Assembly (NCBI GenBank): GCA_963726195.1
Contig: CAVSBO010000003.1
Coordinates: forward strand, 608,001-672,000
Length of the DNA stretch: 64,000 nucleotides
Reading direction: 5' to 3'
Source of the DNA: Candidatus Thorarchaeota archaeon
Lineage (GTDB): Archaea; Asgardarchaeota; Thorarchaeia; Thorarchaeales; Thorarchaeaceae
The position numbers and the translations under genes are program-made. This document shows, one piece after another, positions 1 to 12,220 of this stretch (positions are counted from its first letter, which is position 1; the number at the start of each line of letters is the position of its first letter). Below the pieces are notes generated by a model. It searched no databases. It was not told where the DNA came from and worked only from the letters and a program-made list of their open reading frames with translations.

Positions 1-561
1 GTTACTGTATGTGCAGCCAAAGCCGACGGAAAACGTTCCGTCTATCTGCATGCCGGGAACAACTACAGTCCGACGTTGGCAAGATCGTTGTGCGGCCGCA
101 ACCAAGACGCTTCGGACATCCTTCAGCGCATAGCAGTCGGAAAGGTGCTTGGTCTGTCAGACATAGAGCACGAGCTATCACTGATTCGCGACGCAGAACG
201 CGTTCAGTTGGTTGTGGTTGATAGCCTCACGTCAGTCCTTGACTTGAGCGATAGCAGCACCGGTCCAGGAAGACAAAGAAAGCTCTTTCACGCGCTCGAA
301 ACAATGAGGGAATTCGTCAATAACAGTTCGGCCCACTTGATGATGACAGATCACTCCTCACCAAGTTGGGGCTCAGACGAGCCTTCTCCAATCGGTGGGA
401 ATGTTGTAGCACACAACGTTGACAGCGTCATACGCGTTGAGAGGTTGGACATCGCTTCCGACGACCTAATCAGCATAGTTGTGGAGAGATGTCCTCTTCC
501 CAGTCCGCCAACAGGTGTGGTTGTCAGGTTCTCAGCAAAGAGCATCAGTAGCATCAAGTGA
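1..561 (+). CDS. RecA/RadB-family ATPase, 5'-truncated by window edge
   Basis: Frame 1 is open from base 1 (VTVCAAKADGKRSVYLHAGNNYSPTL...). Walker-B-like LVVVDSLT and the RecA-family 'PIGGNVVAHNVD' motif are present. Confidence 0.75.
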   Translation, partial: VTVCAAKADGKRSVYLHAGNNYSPTLARSLCGRNQDASDILQRIAVGKVLGLSDIEHELSLIRDAERVQLVVVDSLTSVLDLSDSSTGPGRQRKLFHALETMREFVNNSSAHLMMTDHSSPSWGSDEPSPIGGNVVAHNVDSVIRVERLDIASDDLISIVVERCPLPSPPTGVVVRFSAKSISSIK

Positions 562-570
562 GGTCTCTAG

Positions 571-1557
571 ATGGGCGTGAAGAAATTCAGCGTGATACCG
601 TGGATCTGGGTCGGTTCAGACGAAATCTTGGGAACGATTGCTATTGATGCGCCGAACTACATCACGCGAAGAATCTCAGTCTTCAAGCAGAAGAACAAGT
701 ACAAAGACCGAGTACCTCTTGAGCACCTTCTACTGGGATTCGGCCTTATCAGGACTGCACTCCTGAACAAGGTCTTGCCAGTCTTGATTTTCGATGGACC
801 GCCAGAATCATTGAAGAGGGAACCAAATCCGGAGCTCGTAGCAAGAGCTCACGAAGTCTATTCTGAGTACTCGCAAGACGGCGACCCATACAACGAAGAA
901 GTCGCCAAGAGCCTTTCAAGTAGCCCAGCGCTACGCATGTACTTCGCGGCCCAGCACCTCAGAGACTTGGGCCGTGCGATGGGTGTGCCCACTTTGACTG
1001 CATCATCTGAGGCGGAAATGCTGTGCGCGGCAATGTGCAGAGACTCCCTTGTCAAGACAGTCGTATCAAATGATGCAGACGCCATGCTCTTTGGAAGCCC
1101 TCACGTGACGAACCACATGGAGTTATCTCGAGGCCGCATCTGTCGAGCCACCCTTCATGACCTTGAAGAATCATTGTGTCTCGGCCTGGACCAACTGAGG
1201 GACTTGGCAGTTATCTGCGGCTGTGACTTCAACAATGAGGGCATCAAAGGGGTGGGTCCTCATCGGGGAGCCATCCTGTTGAAGAGATACGGGAATCTGG
1301 AAGCTGTGTTGAGAGCGAAAGGGTATGGACGAGCTGAGAGAGAACCGCTGCTTCTTGCGCGTGAAGTCTTCGAACAGACTGCGTACATTTCGCTGGCAGG
1401 TCTCGACATCGCACTTAGACCGCCCATGGTCTCACGGCTGGTTTCGATTCTTCTGCCTTGCTTTGGTCGCCAAAGAAGCGAGGATTCCGCTGAACAGATG
1501 GTCAGCATCTGGCGGGATTTTGGAAAACATCAAGCCACTTTGGAGCAGTGGGTGTAG
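571..1557 (+). CDS. fen: Flap endonuclease 1 (XPG/FEN1 family)
   Basis: IAIDAPNY, FDGPPESLK, SEAEMLCA, SNDADAMLFGS, the H3TH segment CGCDFNNEGIKGVG and a C-terminal PIP box QATLEQW. Confidence 0.9.
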   Translation: MGVKKFSVIPWIWVGSDEILGTIAIDAPNYITRRISVFKQKNKYKDRVPLEHLLLGFGLIRTALLNKVLPVLIFDGPPESLKREPNPELVARAHEVYSEYSQDGDPYNEEVAKSLSSSPALRMYFAAQHLRDLGRAMGVPTLTASSEAEMLCAAMCRDSLVKTVVSNDADAMLFGSPHVTNHMELSRGRICRATLHDLEESLCLGLDQLRDLAVICGCDFNNEGIKGVGPHRGAILLKRYGNLEAVLRAKGYGRAEREPLLLAREVFEQTAYISLAGLDIALRPPMVSRLVSILLPCFGRQRSEDSAEQMVSIWRDFGKHQATLEQWV

Positions 1558-1571
1558 AAAAAAGTCCGGAA

Positions 1572-3530
1572 TCAGGACCACGGGTCTATCCAGTTCCTAG
1601 AAACAGAATCATACAACCTATTGAGAACAGTCATGTAGTATGATCTATATGACTGAACAGCCGCGACCATGAACTCACAGCCAACCTCCTCTAGACGGTC
1701 TCTGAGCACTTCCGATGCGAGAGCACTTCTTAAACGAGGAACTCTTGCTAATGTAACTACATCGCCCGCCGACCTGTTCGTGAGTATGCGACAATACGGA
1801 AAAGCGCCTGCGATCCATCTCGTGAAATACAGCATTTGCCTCGCGGACATGCCCTTCGAGCACGCAAAGATACCTTCTGGCAGTCTACAGTACTCGAGTG
1901 CGGGAAGATACATGAGTCCCACGAGTCTCTTCTTGAACAGGTTAGGCACGACGTGTTCAGCCGTGCCTGAAGGATACCCCATCCTTTCGAACAACCATTG
2001 CCGTGCCGGCCGAGTCCCCTTGAAGCTCCACAGTATGCTCAGAGCGTCTAACTCTCGTTGCAGTGGGACAGTGGAATGCTCAGGTGCAAGAGGCTCAGCT
2101 TTTGTTAGATGCAGGATGGATGACCTTGGTACTGGTCGCCGCTCGTTCCATGGTTCCCTCCATGTCGACTTCCCAGCATCATACAAATCTAGGCGCATTG
2201 ACAGAGATTCAGACCCCACTGCAACGCTAAACGAGTTCTTTGGTAGTTCCCGTTCGTCAGGACCCTGCGAATTGATAGGCTCAAGATGAGCGACCGCACT
2301 GCGAAGCCCCATGGTTCCGACCTTCCTTCTGGTGCTGCTTGTCTCGCGCTCATCACGGAAGAGGCACTTCTCAACCACGGCTATTGAATTGCCCTTTCCT
2401 CTCTCTTGAGAAGTGATCAGATATCTGTATTGAAGACCAATGGACCCGAGGAAAGGTAAGTAGCTCTCAGTAATCACATTGTGAAGGAATTTCGATGCAT
2501 GATAGGACTCGCTCTGTGTCATGCCTGTAGCGTTCATCACATCTGCACCCGTAGGGCTTCCTGACATCGGGCGGTCTGCCAAGTATGCACAGACATCCCG
2601 GACCGGTTTGTAATCCAAAATGTTGATTTCCTGCCGAAGCTCGTTCAGCATTGACTCGGATTCGGCTGCCACTGGGCCGTCAGACCTAAGAGTCAAGACC
2701 GGCCAAGCAACCCAAGGAGGCTGCAGAAGGTCGAGTTCTTGATAGATTCCGTTTATGCTCTCTTCTCCACGCATTTCGCCATATCTCAGTTTGTCGAGGA
2801 CCTCCTTGGGCAGCCGTCGAGCCATGTGAGCCGGTATCATGGCAAGCCAGGAATTAATGGTGCTAGTTCCCAGTCGGTCTTGGGGCATCACCTTCTTTAG
2901 ATAGTCACGGGTCTTCTGCAAACGCTTTCGCATTTGGCCAGCCATAGGTGTAGCCCGCAGTGCCGAGACCAGATTCCTCAGGGCATCTATCTTGAGCCGC
3001 TGCATGTCAATGCGCCACAAGACCTCTAACCACGCAGGTCTCTTGCCAATCACCTTGCCCACCTCATGAATTCCTAGAAAGGCACCAACAACGGAATCGA
3101 GGCCGGGATTGAAAAGCTGCAAGTTGATCTTCGAGGATGTGTCGTCAGTAACGATTCTGCAAAGAGCGTAAGTGATTGATGGACTACTTGGAATACTATC
3201 GGGAAGCAATGACTCAATTTGCGTTCTTAAGGAGCTGCCTTTGGGCGGGAGAGGAAGCTCCCAGCCGATAACCGATTCCGTCGCTCGCGAGGCACCAAGC
3301 GTCGAATCAACCTTGACTTCATCGAAGGCAGAGATTGGAAGGGGCTTGACCCCGGCTGTAGACTCGAAGAGTGCTTCATCAAGCACAAGTGAACGAACCT
3401 GCAATGCAGCCGGGAGCAACACAAGTCTTCTGAGTAATTGAAGATCATCCTCAACGACTTTCCTATCTCGAGCACTGTGTAGCCGATCGATGACCGGCCT
3501 TGCGCGTGCACCATGCGAAGCCTTAGACAT
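1572..3530 (-). CDS. Large hypothetical protein with C-terminal HTH plus Lrp/AsnC-like modules
   Basis: 652-aa ORF. The C-terminal half has HTH-like segments followed by 'YLPFLGSIGL' and 'YLPALEYCRL' linkers. The terminus resembles that of 12221..14302. Confidence 0.6.
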   Translation of the reverse strand: MSKASHGARARPVIDRLHSARDRKVVEDDLQLLRRLVLLPAALQVRSLVLDEALFESTAGVKPLPISAFDEVKVDSTLGASRATESVIGWELPLPPKGSSLRTQIESLLPDSIPSSPSITYALCRIVTDDTSSKINLQLFNPGLDSVVGAFLGIHEVGKVIGKRPAWLEVLWRIDMQRLKIDALRNLVSALRATPMAGQMRKRLQKTRDYLKKVMPQDRLGTSTINSWLAMIPAHMARRLPKEVLDKLRYGEMRGEESINGIYQELDLLQPPWVAWPVLTLRSDGPVAAESESMLNELRQEINILDYKPVRDVCAYLADRPMSGSPTGADVMNATGMTQSESYHASKFLHNVITESYLPFLGSIGLQYRYLITSQERGKGNSIAVVEKCLFRDERETSSTRRKVGTMGLRSAVAHLEPINSQGPDERELPKNSFSVAVGSESLSMRLDLYDAGKSTWREPWNERRPVPRSSILHLTKAEPLAPEHSTVPLQRELDALSILWSFKGTRPARQWLFERMGYPSGTAEHVVPNLFKKRLVGLMYLPALEYCRLPEGIFACSKGMSARQMLYFTRWIAGAFPYCRILTNRSAGDVVTLARVPRLRSALASEVLRDRLEEVGCEFMVAAVQSYRSYYMTVLNRLYDSVSRNWIDPWS

Positions 3531-3791
3531 CTTGAGGACATTATCCGCTTATGGAACCACTTATCGGTATCGGTCAAAAGCTAAAAACGCCGTAACTGAG
3601 AGGTTGGTGTAGGACTTTGGTAGCCCCGAACACAGCCGATGCAACAATGAATATCTAGTAGTCGCACCTAGGTCATATGCATGGCCCAAATTCGCTCTAG
3701 AACATTATGATAACTTATCGCTCTTGATGGTTAACCATTTAGACATTCAGACCGCTTCCATTATACAAACTAAGCAGAGTCGGGAAGCAGA

Positions 3792-4388
3792 GTGCAGTCT
3801 GACATTATTGGACTTCTGATTGGCAATATGGAGTTCTCCTTGAGAATCGCGCCTTACGTCATCGTGATTGCGACGCTGTTGAGAAGCGCATTGCTTCTCA
3901 GAGGATCCAAGCGTGCCTTCAGAACTTGGACAAGGAACACTGTGCTGTCGGTACTCAGCATCATATTGGCCCCCGGCATTTTCATCAATACTGGGATTCG
4001 GTACGCGGTGTGCTCAGTCCTAGGCGTCCACGTCGAGGGCGTTGGTCTTGGTACCACATATGCAGAGGTGAACGCTTTCATACACGTGGACAGACCGCCC
4101 AGGGTCGCTGTCCTTCTTATTGCACTCTTCCTAAGCTCTCTGGTGTCTGTCTTTGTCGGGTTCTTCTTTCTGTTTGCACCTTTTGGTCTCTCCATGGATC
4201 TACCTTTGGTCATCGTATCATGGTATCTATCAGTAGCTGTCCTGCTTAACAGCTGCATTCGAAGCGGCGACCTTTCGTTGCTCGGAACTTCTTTGAAGAT
4301 GCATGGCCGTCGCGGCGCAATCGAACTAGTCGCCGTGATAGCTGGTCTTGTCGTCTTCTATACTCAAATCGTGGGGGTGTATCTGTAG
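3792..4388 (+). CDS. Polytopic membrane protein
   Basis: About 5 hydrophobic segments. The stop lies 2 nt before the start of the giant surface protein, suggesting an operon. Confidence 0.7.
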   Translation: MQSDIIGLLIGNMEFSLRIAPYVIVIATLLRSALLLRGSKRAFRTWTRNTVLSVLSIILAPGIFINTGIRYAVCSVLGVHVEGVGLGTTYAEVNAFIHVDRPPRVAVLLIALFLSSLVSVFVGFFFLFAPFGLSMDLPLVIVSWYLSVAVLLNSCIRSGDLSLLGTSLKMHGRRGAIELVAVIAGLVVFYTQIVGVYL

Positions 4389-4390
4389 GC

Positions 4391-7300
4391 ATGAGAACCA
4401 AATGTCTTCTTGTTGCGGCTGTCCTAGTCGTGCTCATTGCATGCACGTACCAGTATCCGGCCACCAGCGGTTATCCGGCGTCGGCACCGATTCCTGCCTT
4501 TGCTCTAGGCCCTCAGAAAACAACTATGAGCCTAGCATCAGATGATGGGGCTCCTGTTGACATGAAGCCCTACTTCATAATCGAGATGCCAAATTCGAGC
4601 ATTCCAGCACGAGGGAGGGTCTGGTCAGCAATCCTAAACTCCGCGGGCATCGTAAGTCACGTGTTTACCATACAACAAATCATGGCAAAGCCCACATTGC
4701 TACAGCATGTCCCCGCAGCTCTCCTAGATGCAAGCTTGGGTTCAGCAAACGGGAGCCAAGTGTCAAGCTCGTTCATGCATTTGCTCGTCTCCTGCGATGT
4801 CGCTTTGGTACTGACCGGCAGAGCAGCTTGGCTCTTGCACAGTCTGAGGGGAACACCTTTGGGATCAGTGACCGCAACGGCTTCTCAAAGACTCCTCACA
4901 GCTCAAGGATACGAAGCGGCAATATTCCTCAGCCTCTCCAATCGCGCTGTCGGTGAATTCCGCGCTCACGGAAGAGACCAATATTCAGTTACCAGTTGAC
5001 CAAGTTCAAGGCGAGCATTCTCGCATTGTGAATCTCACTGGGGCGGAGAATCCAACAAGCGTCGCAGCGCTTCGATATGATTCGTACCCGCTTGACACAT
5101 TCCTGTTTGGTCCCGATGACCCCTCCAAGTTAACAGACCAAGGTCGTGGACTGTTGGTCAACATGATATCATTTGCGGTTTCTCTCAGAGAGACTCCTAC
5201 CACCCAAGCAGTGAGCCAGCTTCAGGCACCCTCCGAGGCTCCGCTTGCTGGAGGATATCACTATCCGCATGAACCGACTCTGAAGGCAGCCTACGCCGCG
5301 GTGCACTCAGTCAAGTCTGCGCTGGACGCATCAAACTGGTCTAGCTGGAGTTCCCAGCATCAATCACTGATTGAAGAACTCCTAGATAGTCTGTTCATTG
5401 ACTACGGCTCACAGGCCGGGTTCATGAACTCGGTGAGTGAAAACACGGTCGGTCTTCAGAGCACAGCAGAAGGACTGTGGCTGGCTGCCTCTATGGGCCT
5501 ACTTCCACGATATCACTCCGACAAGATTGTTTCGTATCTCAGCTTCAAGAGAAGACGCCGGGGGAGGCTTCGCCAACGATATTGCGACAACGTACTTGGT
5601 TGTCGAGAGTCTTGGTTTGTCAGGCAATCTTGGAAGCATCAACACAGTCAGTCTGGAATCTTGGTTGCGCAGCTGCATCATAGATGGATCCAAGACATCC
5701 AACCCCGATCTCTGGGGTGCAGTGGGACAGAATCCGAACAGCACCGCGGCGAGGACATCCTACGCGGCTCAATATGTACTATCTCTGCAAGTACTGGGGA
5801 AAACTCACGGCGACCCGCTCAAACTGACGAGCTGGATCAAGACCCGCATGTCCAATGGTGACGGTTCATACATGGAAGTTTTTGGCTCAAGTGGTGAACT
5901 CGTCACCGGAACCTCGTCAGCTCTCACGGCTATGGCAATCATGAACACACTCAGCGCTCAAAACCGGACGACAGGACTGTCTTGGCTGGCTTTCAACCAA
6001 TTGCCTTCGGGCGGCTTTGGTTTGACCGTAGCGGCCACTGACAACGTGGGCAAGACGTGGCCCACTCTAACAGTCGCCCTATGCATCCAAGCGATTGGAC
6101 AACAATCTGAGTCGATGGCAAGGAATGTGATTAGCTTCGTATCGCTTTGTGAGAACCGATATGGGCTTTGAAGCGATGGAACCAATACCATCGCTCATGT
6201 GGAGCGATTGGCTCGCGTCAATCTCAAGGCTGTCACATTCGGAAGGATTCTCGGATAGTGCTCTTGCCGAAATGTATGCCGTTAGCATGCTTGGGTGGTC
6301 TGAATACCCAGGCAATGTGACCGCTGCAACATCTATTGAGTACGGGCCCACCCAGTACCGAATGCAGAGCGTTTGGACACAGTACTTCGGGGCAGCCACC
6401 TACTCCGCACTCGGCAGTGATATTCCTGATTCCGCGGTCTCGGCTGCCGAGTCGTATCTTTACCAGTGTCAAGATTCGTCAGGACATTACAAGCCAACGT
6501 CATTTATGGGAACGCCGCAGATGCAATACACAGTTGCGGCCGTCGAAGCTCTCTATTTGATGAACGCACTCAACACGATTCGTTACAGGACCAGCCTAGG
6601 CTCGGCGATTCTGGCCGAGTTTAGATTGGGGCACTGGTCAATGGATGGTTGGACTCTCAGACCATTTACCAACCAGCAATCTGCAATTGACTGGCTCTGT
6701 ACAAGAGCCGCTCTCAGACTTGGTATACTCGACTCTGCAAAAGCCCTGCAGATAGTGCAATCAATCAAGGCGAGAATCCAGTACTCTGACATCTGGGCAC
6801 TCAGCAGAGATGTTGCAACTCTGGCACTTCTCAATGCATCGGGATTTCAGGCGAGTCTTGGGTGCATCAACACACAGGCAGTCATCCAGTCTCTAGGCAG
6901 CACGCCCTTCTCAAACGGATGGCTCAACTCGACTGACCTGTGGCAGCCCGTCTATACCGCAGGAGCGCTGGAGATGATTTCAATCCTAGGTCTCCGCGCA
7001 CGCCTTGCGAACCTGTCGAGCGGCTCTATTCACGCGACCGGACCATCAACGGGAGAGATTAGCTCCTCTCTCAATCTAATGGTCTCGATTTCTCCACTCT
7101 CCGGTCATCATAGTGTCCTTGTCTTTGCGTTCGGAAACTGGCTCCTGTTTCGGAACGTGGGTGACAACGATTCGATTGAACTCACAATTCCCAGTGACTA
7201 CAGAGTTCTTGGTCCAAGCAACATATCCGTTATGCTTCGGGACTTCGGCGTGACAAAGGCATACTCCATAGTCCCACTGCAAGTACGAGGCGTACTTCAA

Positions 7301-10300
7301 GGGAGCCTGCAAATAGCAGCTTCCAGACTGCCACGAGGCCACAATGTCAACGGCAGCGTTGTTTGGTCATTGGAACACGGATTATCTGCGGGTCAAACGC
7401 ATGCTGTGATCAGCCTCGGAGACGGAATTCTTCACCAACAATGGGAATACTCTGCTCTATCGCCGCTTTCATTCTCAATACCGTCCTCAGGATTCCCGAA
7501 CGGGGTATACAATCTCACTGTGCGACTAGACAGTCCATACTGCCAGAACCTCAACTTAACAGGACAAGTCGCACTTCTCGAACCCGTAGAGACCTACATC
7601 TCAGCACCAGCTTTCATTCAGGGAAATGTGAATGCGACGCTGAGCGTACCGTGGTCTTTGCGCTACAGCAGTAACGGCAGTAAGGTGCAAGCACAGCAAG
7701 TCAGAATCACTATCAAAGATCAATCAGGGGCTACGGCACTTAACCAATCAGGGGTACTGTCTCCGTTCACCTGGGCTCCTAGTCAAAGAGGGAACTACAG
7801 CTTCATTCTATCGTTCTCGGGCCATGACAGTCTTGAGGGCTCATACTTTGCTGGAGCAATCAGCATCTACGAGAATACGAGAGTAGAGTGGCTGGGGGTG
7901 CAAGTGCAGAACCAGTATTCGAGTGCATTCTATGTGGTGAAGTTGTCTACACAGCGCGGAGTACCGTTGTCGAACCGTACTATACAAGTTACTGTTACGT
8001 CTCCGTCCTCTGCAATAGTCTTGCATACGCAAATGATCACGAACTCGACGGGGTTCGTCAAACTCAGCTTCTCACTGAATGAGAATGGAATCTATCTCTT
8101 GGACGCATCATTCTCAGATTGTGGGTTCCTGATAGGGTGTGCGGCCAACCAAGGTCTTGTGTCTTGGTCGTCCAGTTCGCTAGTTGTAGGCGGGGCGACA
8201 CCCGAAGCATTGGTCCAGACACCGTGGAATCTGTGGGCACAACTATCTGATTCTGGCTCTGCAGCAGTTGCAGGTGCACAGGTGACAGTGAGAATCATAT
8301 TCTTGCCATCAACAGTTGTAGTGCAGCAGACACTAACCACAAACCTGACCGGCTACGTAATGATTCACTGGTCGGGTAACACCGCAGGCACATACAGGTT
8401 CGAAGCGGAGTTCAACGCAACCCTTTCCAGAGGCCATTCCATCAGTTCGGTTGTCTATGAGCTCCGGATTCCTCTGGTTCTTGTTGTGACCGTGGGCGAC
8501 AACCCTCAGGTAGGGCAGGATAACTGGATTGAACTCTCAGCTCTGGATTACAGAGGTTCTCTAGTTACGGGCTTGACGGTGGCGATTGTTGTTAGGGGGC
8601 CGACCGGCCAAGTAGCATATCAGACGACACTAGTGACACAGAACGGGTCAGTTCGTGTGGCATGGCGACCTGGCAACCGAGGAGTCAACACGATACTAGC
8701 CACCGCGGGACGTCAGAACTGGTACGAGAGTGCAGAGAAGGACATCGATGTCGCGGTCATGGAGTCCCCTCAAGTCTCAATCGAAATACCAACATCTCCA
8801 GTCGCCCCGGGTTCCATACTTATTGCAGTAACTGTCAGAGACCAGAATCAGTCTAGGATCCCCAGTGTCTTGGTAACAGTGGCTGCGTCTATTGATGGGC
8901 AAATCATTCTTACTTCTACGAACCTCACTTCCAGTGCAGGCGAAAGTGACTTCCTTCTCCTGATGGGGCACCCGGGCACACTAAGTGTAAACATAACATG
9001 CCCGACACAGGGATGGCTAATTCGAATATCAGTACTGAGTCAGCGTACCGTGCTCGGTCTAACAAGCCTGAGCCTAACGTCACCGGGCCAACCGGTCAAG
9101 CAAGGGTCGCTTGCAGGGATTGTAGTAACATTGACCGACTACTCGGGAAACCCAATTATCGGTGCTCAGATTAACTTCATCATTGGCTGGCCCAATGGAA
9201 CGATCTGTGCATCTGCTTCTAGGACCACCGGGGCTAGCGGAAAGTGTAGTCTAGCATACACTTTCAACACGGTTGGGGATTTCGTGATCAATGCCTCCTT
9301 CGCAGGCGCCGGGCTCCAAGCTCCTTCAAGCCAGTGTGAGCCCCAAAGAGTCTATGTCATTCCCACCGTCGTTATAGTGCACGACCCCTCCTATGTCGTT
9401 GGGCAGAGCATTGACTTGGGCGTCGGGCTGAGAGATGCGCTCGGATACAACATCGCAGGCAGAAGCCTGCTCTTGAGAATCAGCAATGGCAATCAAAGCC
9501 TCTTTCAGACGCAAATCCAGACAGCTGACAGTCTCGCGCACATCTCTTGGACTCCAACGAGTCGAGGACAGATGACTATCTTAGTTGTATTTGCTGGAGA
9601 CACATACTACCTGGCAAACTCAACAACATCCCCAGTGTCTATCATGGAACTCGCCACAGGGACCCTCCTACTGTCTGCGAAGCAGATAGACATGTTCGGA
9701 ACTGTTCAGTTCCAATATTCTCTGACCAGCCAAGGTAGCGTAAGTGGAATTACGGTGCATTTCCAAGTGCTGGATGTCAACTTGGTTCCGGTCTGGACGT
9801 TTGAAGGTACGACGAACAGTTCTGGCATTGTCATGGTGTCATATGCGGCTCAACAAGCGTATGGAATCCTGATGGCCCAGGCCGAGCCGGAAACGGATGA
9901 GTGCTTGTTAGGCGCGGGAACACAGAAGCAGCTGATAGTTGTAACCAATGCTCAGCTGTCCGTAGAATTCGAACCCGAGCCGCCTTGTGCAGGCAACGAA
10001 GTAGACGTGTCAATACGTGTCCAAGATGAGCTTGGATTACCCATAGATGGTATCTCTGTTGTGGTCAAAATCTACGATCCCTACGGACAGCAAGTCAAAC
10101 TGGGATCGATGTCAATGTCAGTCACACTTCAGGTAAGAAACGGGACAGCCCAACTAGCGTTCACGCCTCAATACTCCGGCCTTTACACTCTTGATGCCTC
10201 CTCCTCAGGTTCTGTTGTCGTACACACGTTCCAAAGCACCACACTGCACACGGTGTATTCACTGACATCACTGACGTTGTTCGTTCAGTACCCATGCATG

Positions 10301-12206
10301 GAGGTCGGAACTTGCTTGAGCGTGTCAGTTCGGTTAGCTGATCACAACGGGGTGCCCATGACCGGGCGGACAATCACAATGCAGTTGAATGGGCCAGGTG
10401 GCCGGGTAAAAGGACCAATTGATTCTACGACCAACGCAACAGGATATGGCACATGGATAGTCCAGATGGACGAGATAGGTTTGTGGAAACTCGAAGCGGA
10501 CTTCGCTGGAATCGGAGTATATCTTGCGGCTAGTGCCTCGGCTCAGATTGATGTGAGATACGCCACAGTGCTTGAAGCATCTTTGGCGAGCACTAGCGAG
10601 ATAATCGCAGGCAAGAACCCTGCTCAGCTGCGAATACTTCTCTCTGATTCCGGAGGTACTCCTCTTGAAGGCTTCAGTATTCACTATGAGGTCTATCATG
10701 AGTCCATCGGGCTTTGCGTTGAGGGAGACATCATACAGGTGGGACAGAGCCCTCTTCTCCTCAACTTGGCTCTTCCCTTGGCTGGCAACTACACGACCAT
10801 AGTATCATTCGCCGGGACAATTCACTATCTGCCTTCATCAGCCGCCGTGAGTATGTGGGCGCGAGGAACCACAAACATCAGAATCCAGTGCCCTGCCAGA
10901 ACGGACAGATCAGAAAACTCGCAATTGGTAATTGGGGTCTTCGACGAATCAGGCTCTGAGATGAGTATTGAGGGTCTCGGTCTCCAGATTCAGACTGACT
11001 GGCTCCAACGGATCGATTACCCTCACGGGTCTTTCTCAAGTTAAAGGTTCAGAGTTGATCATACGCTTGAGAGGATTTGCTCTTGGAGACTATCACCTTA
11101 CTGCTGCCGTTCCGGACTCCAGACTGCGGCTGGGATGCTCAGCGCAATTCAATTTCACGGTGTATACTGCTGGCACTATTATCATGAAAGAAAGGGCAAT
11201 GCCGGGAGTACTTGGCCGACAACACTCTGTCGTTTTCTTACTTGTCGATTCTCTCGGTGATGCTATGCCCGGCATGACGGCCTTCGTTAGCCTATACGAC
11301 CCGAAGGGTCGGGAGATTTACGGTAGTCCACTTACAACAAGGACACCAGTTCTTACCAGTGTTGCTGGGACCCGGATTGAATGGACACCATCAGAGCTCG
11401 GCAACTACACATTGGTGCTTGCCTTCGAAGGAGACTCGTACAGGCTTGGTGCATCAGAGCAGATCGTGATTCTGACGCGTTATGAATCCAACTTGGACCT
11501 GATGATTCCGAGTCAGATAACCTATGGTGATGCATTGTCCATCCAAGTGACGTTGTCTGGACCGACGTCAAGAATACAGGGGGCCCAGGTCGTCATCATC
11601 GTAAGTCTTGGAGGAATCGAGGAGAGACAAGTCTCTGTCCTGACGGACTTGGCCGGCAGGGCAACTGTAAGCATCCAAGCATTGGGCGCCGGCAATCATA
11701 CTGTGCTCGTCGCATACGGGGGATCTTCAACGTTCAATGCATGCACAAAGTCAGTCGGTCTGGCTGTTCTTCCGGTGGTGTCAATGAAAGTGACAGGCAG
11801 TTCAGACGTTGTCTTGGGATTTAGCTGCACGTTGACCATAGAGTATCAAATAGCCGGGATTGAATCGGATTGGACAGGCACCCTCATCATCGTCGCATTA
11901 GAACCGGATGGCAGTCTCGTGAGCGATTGGACGTTTCGGGCTGCAATGAATGGGTCACAGCCAGTCACATTCTTACCAGAGAAACAAGGAGTCTATCACC
12001 TCAACGTCACATTTCTTGGTCTGCCAGTGCTTGGGGCAGAAAGCAAGACATTCGCATTCTCCGTTACAGAGTCTTCTCCAATTCGGCTTGATGAGAGCAC
12101 CGTTTCGATAGTATCCGAGATAGGCATCGTAGCAGGAGTAGCCCTGTTCTTGAACAGGAGACTCAAACGGATGGAATCGCTGTTGCCTGGAGAATGGGAA
12201 TCCTAG
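4391..12206 (+). CDS. Giant (~2,600 aa) cell-surface protein: prenyltransferase/squalene-cyclase-like alpha/alpha-barrel repeats, tandem Ig-like domains and a C-terminal TM anchor; split by about 4 frameshifts
   Basis: Overlapping ORFs 4391-4999, 4953-5861, 5437-6171, 6149-11044 and 10968-12206 join up. Signal peptide MRTKCLLVAAVLVV; QW-like repeats (WLAFNQLPSGGFG, YLYQCQDSSGHY); repeated Ig motifs (TTNxxG, GxYxxxAxFxG); TM followed by RRLKR at the end. Confidence 0.75.
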
Positions 12207-12220
12207 AAGGGACTCGTCAA

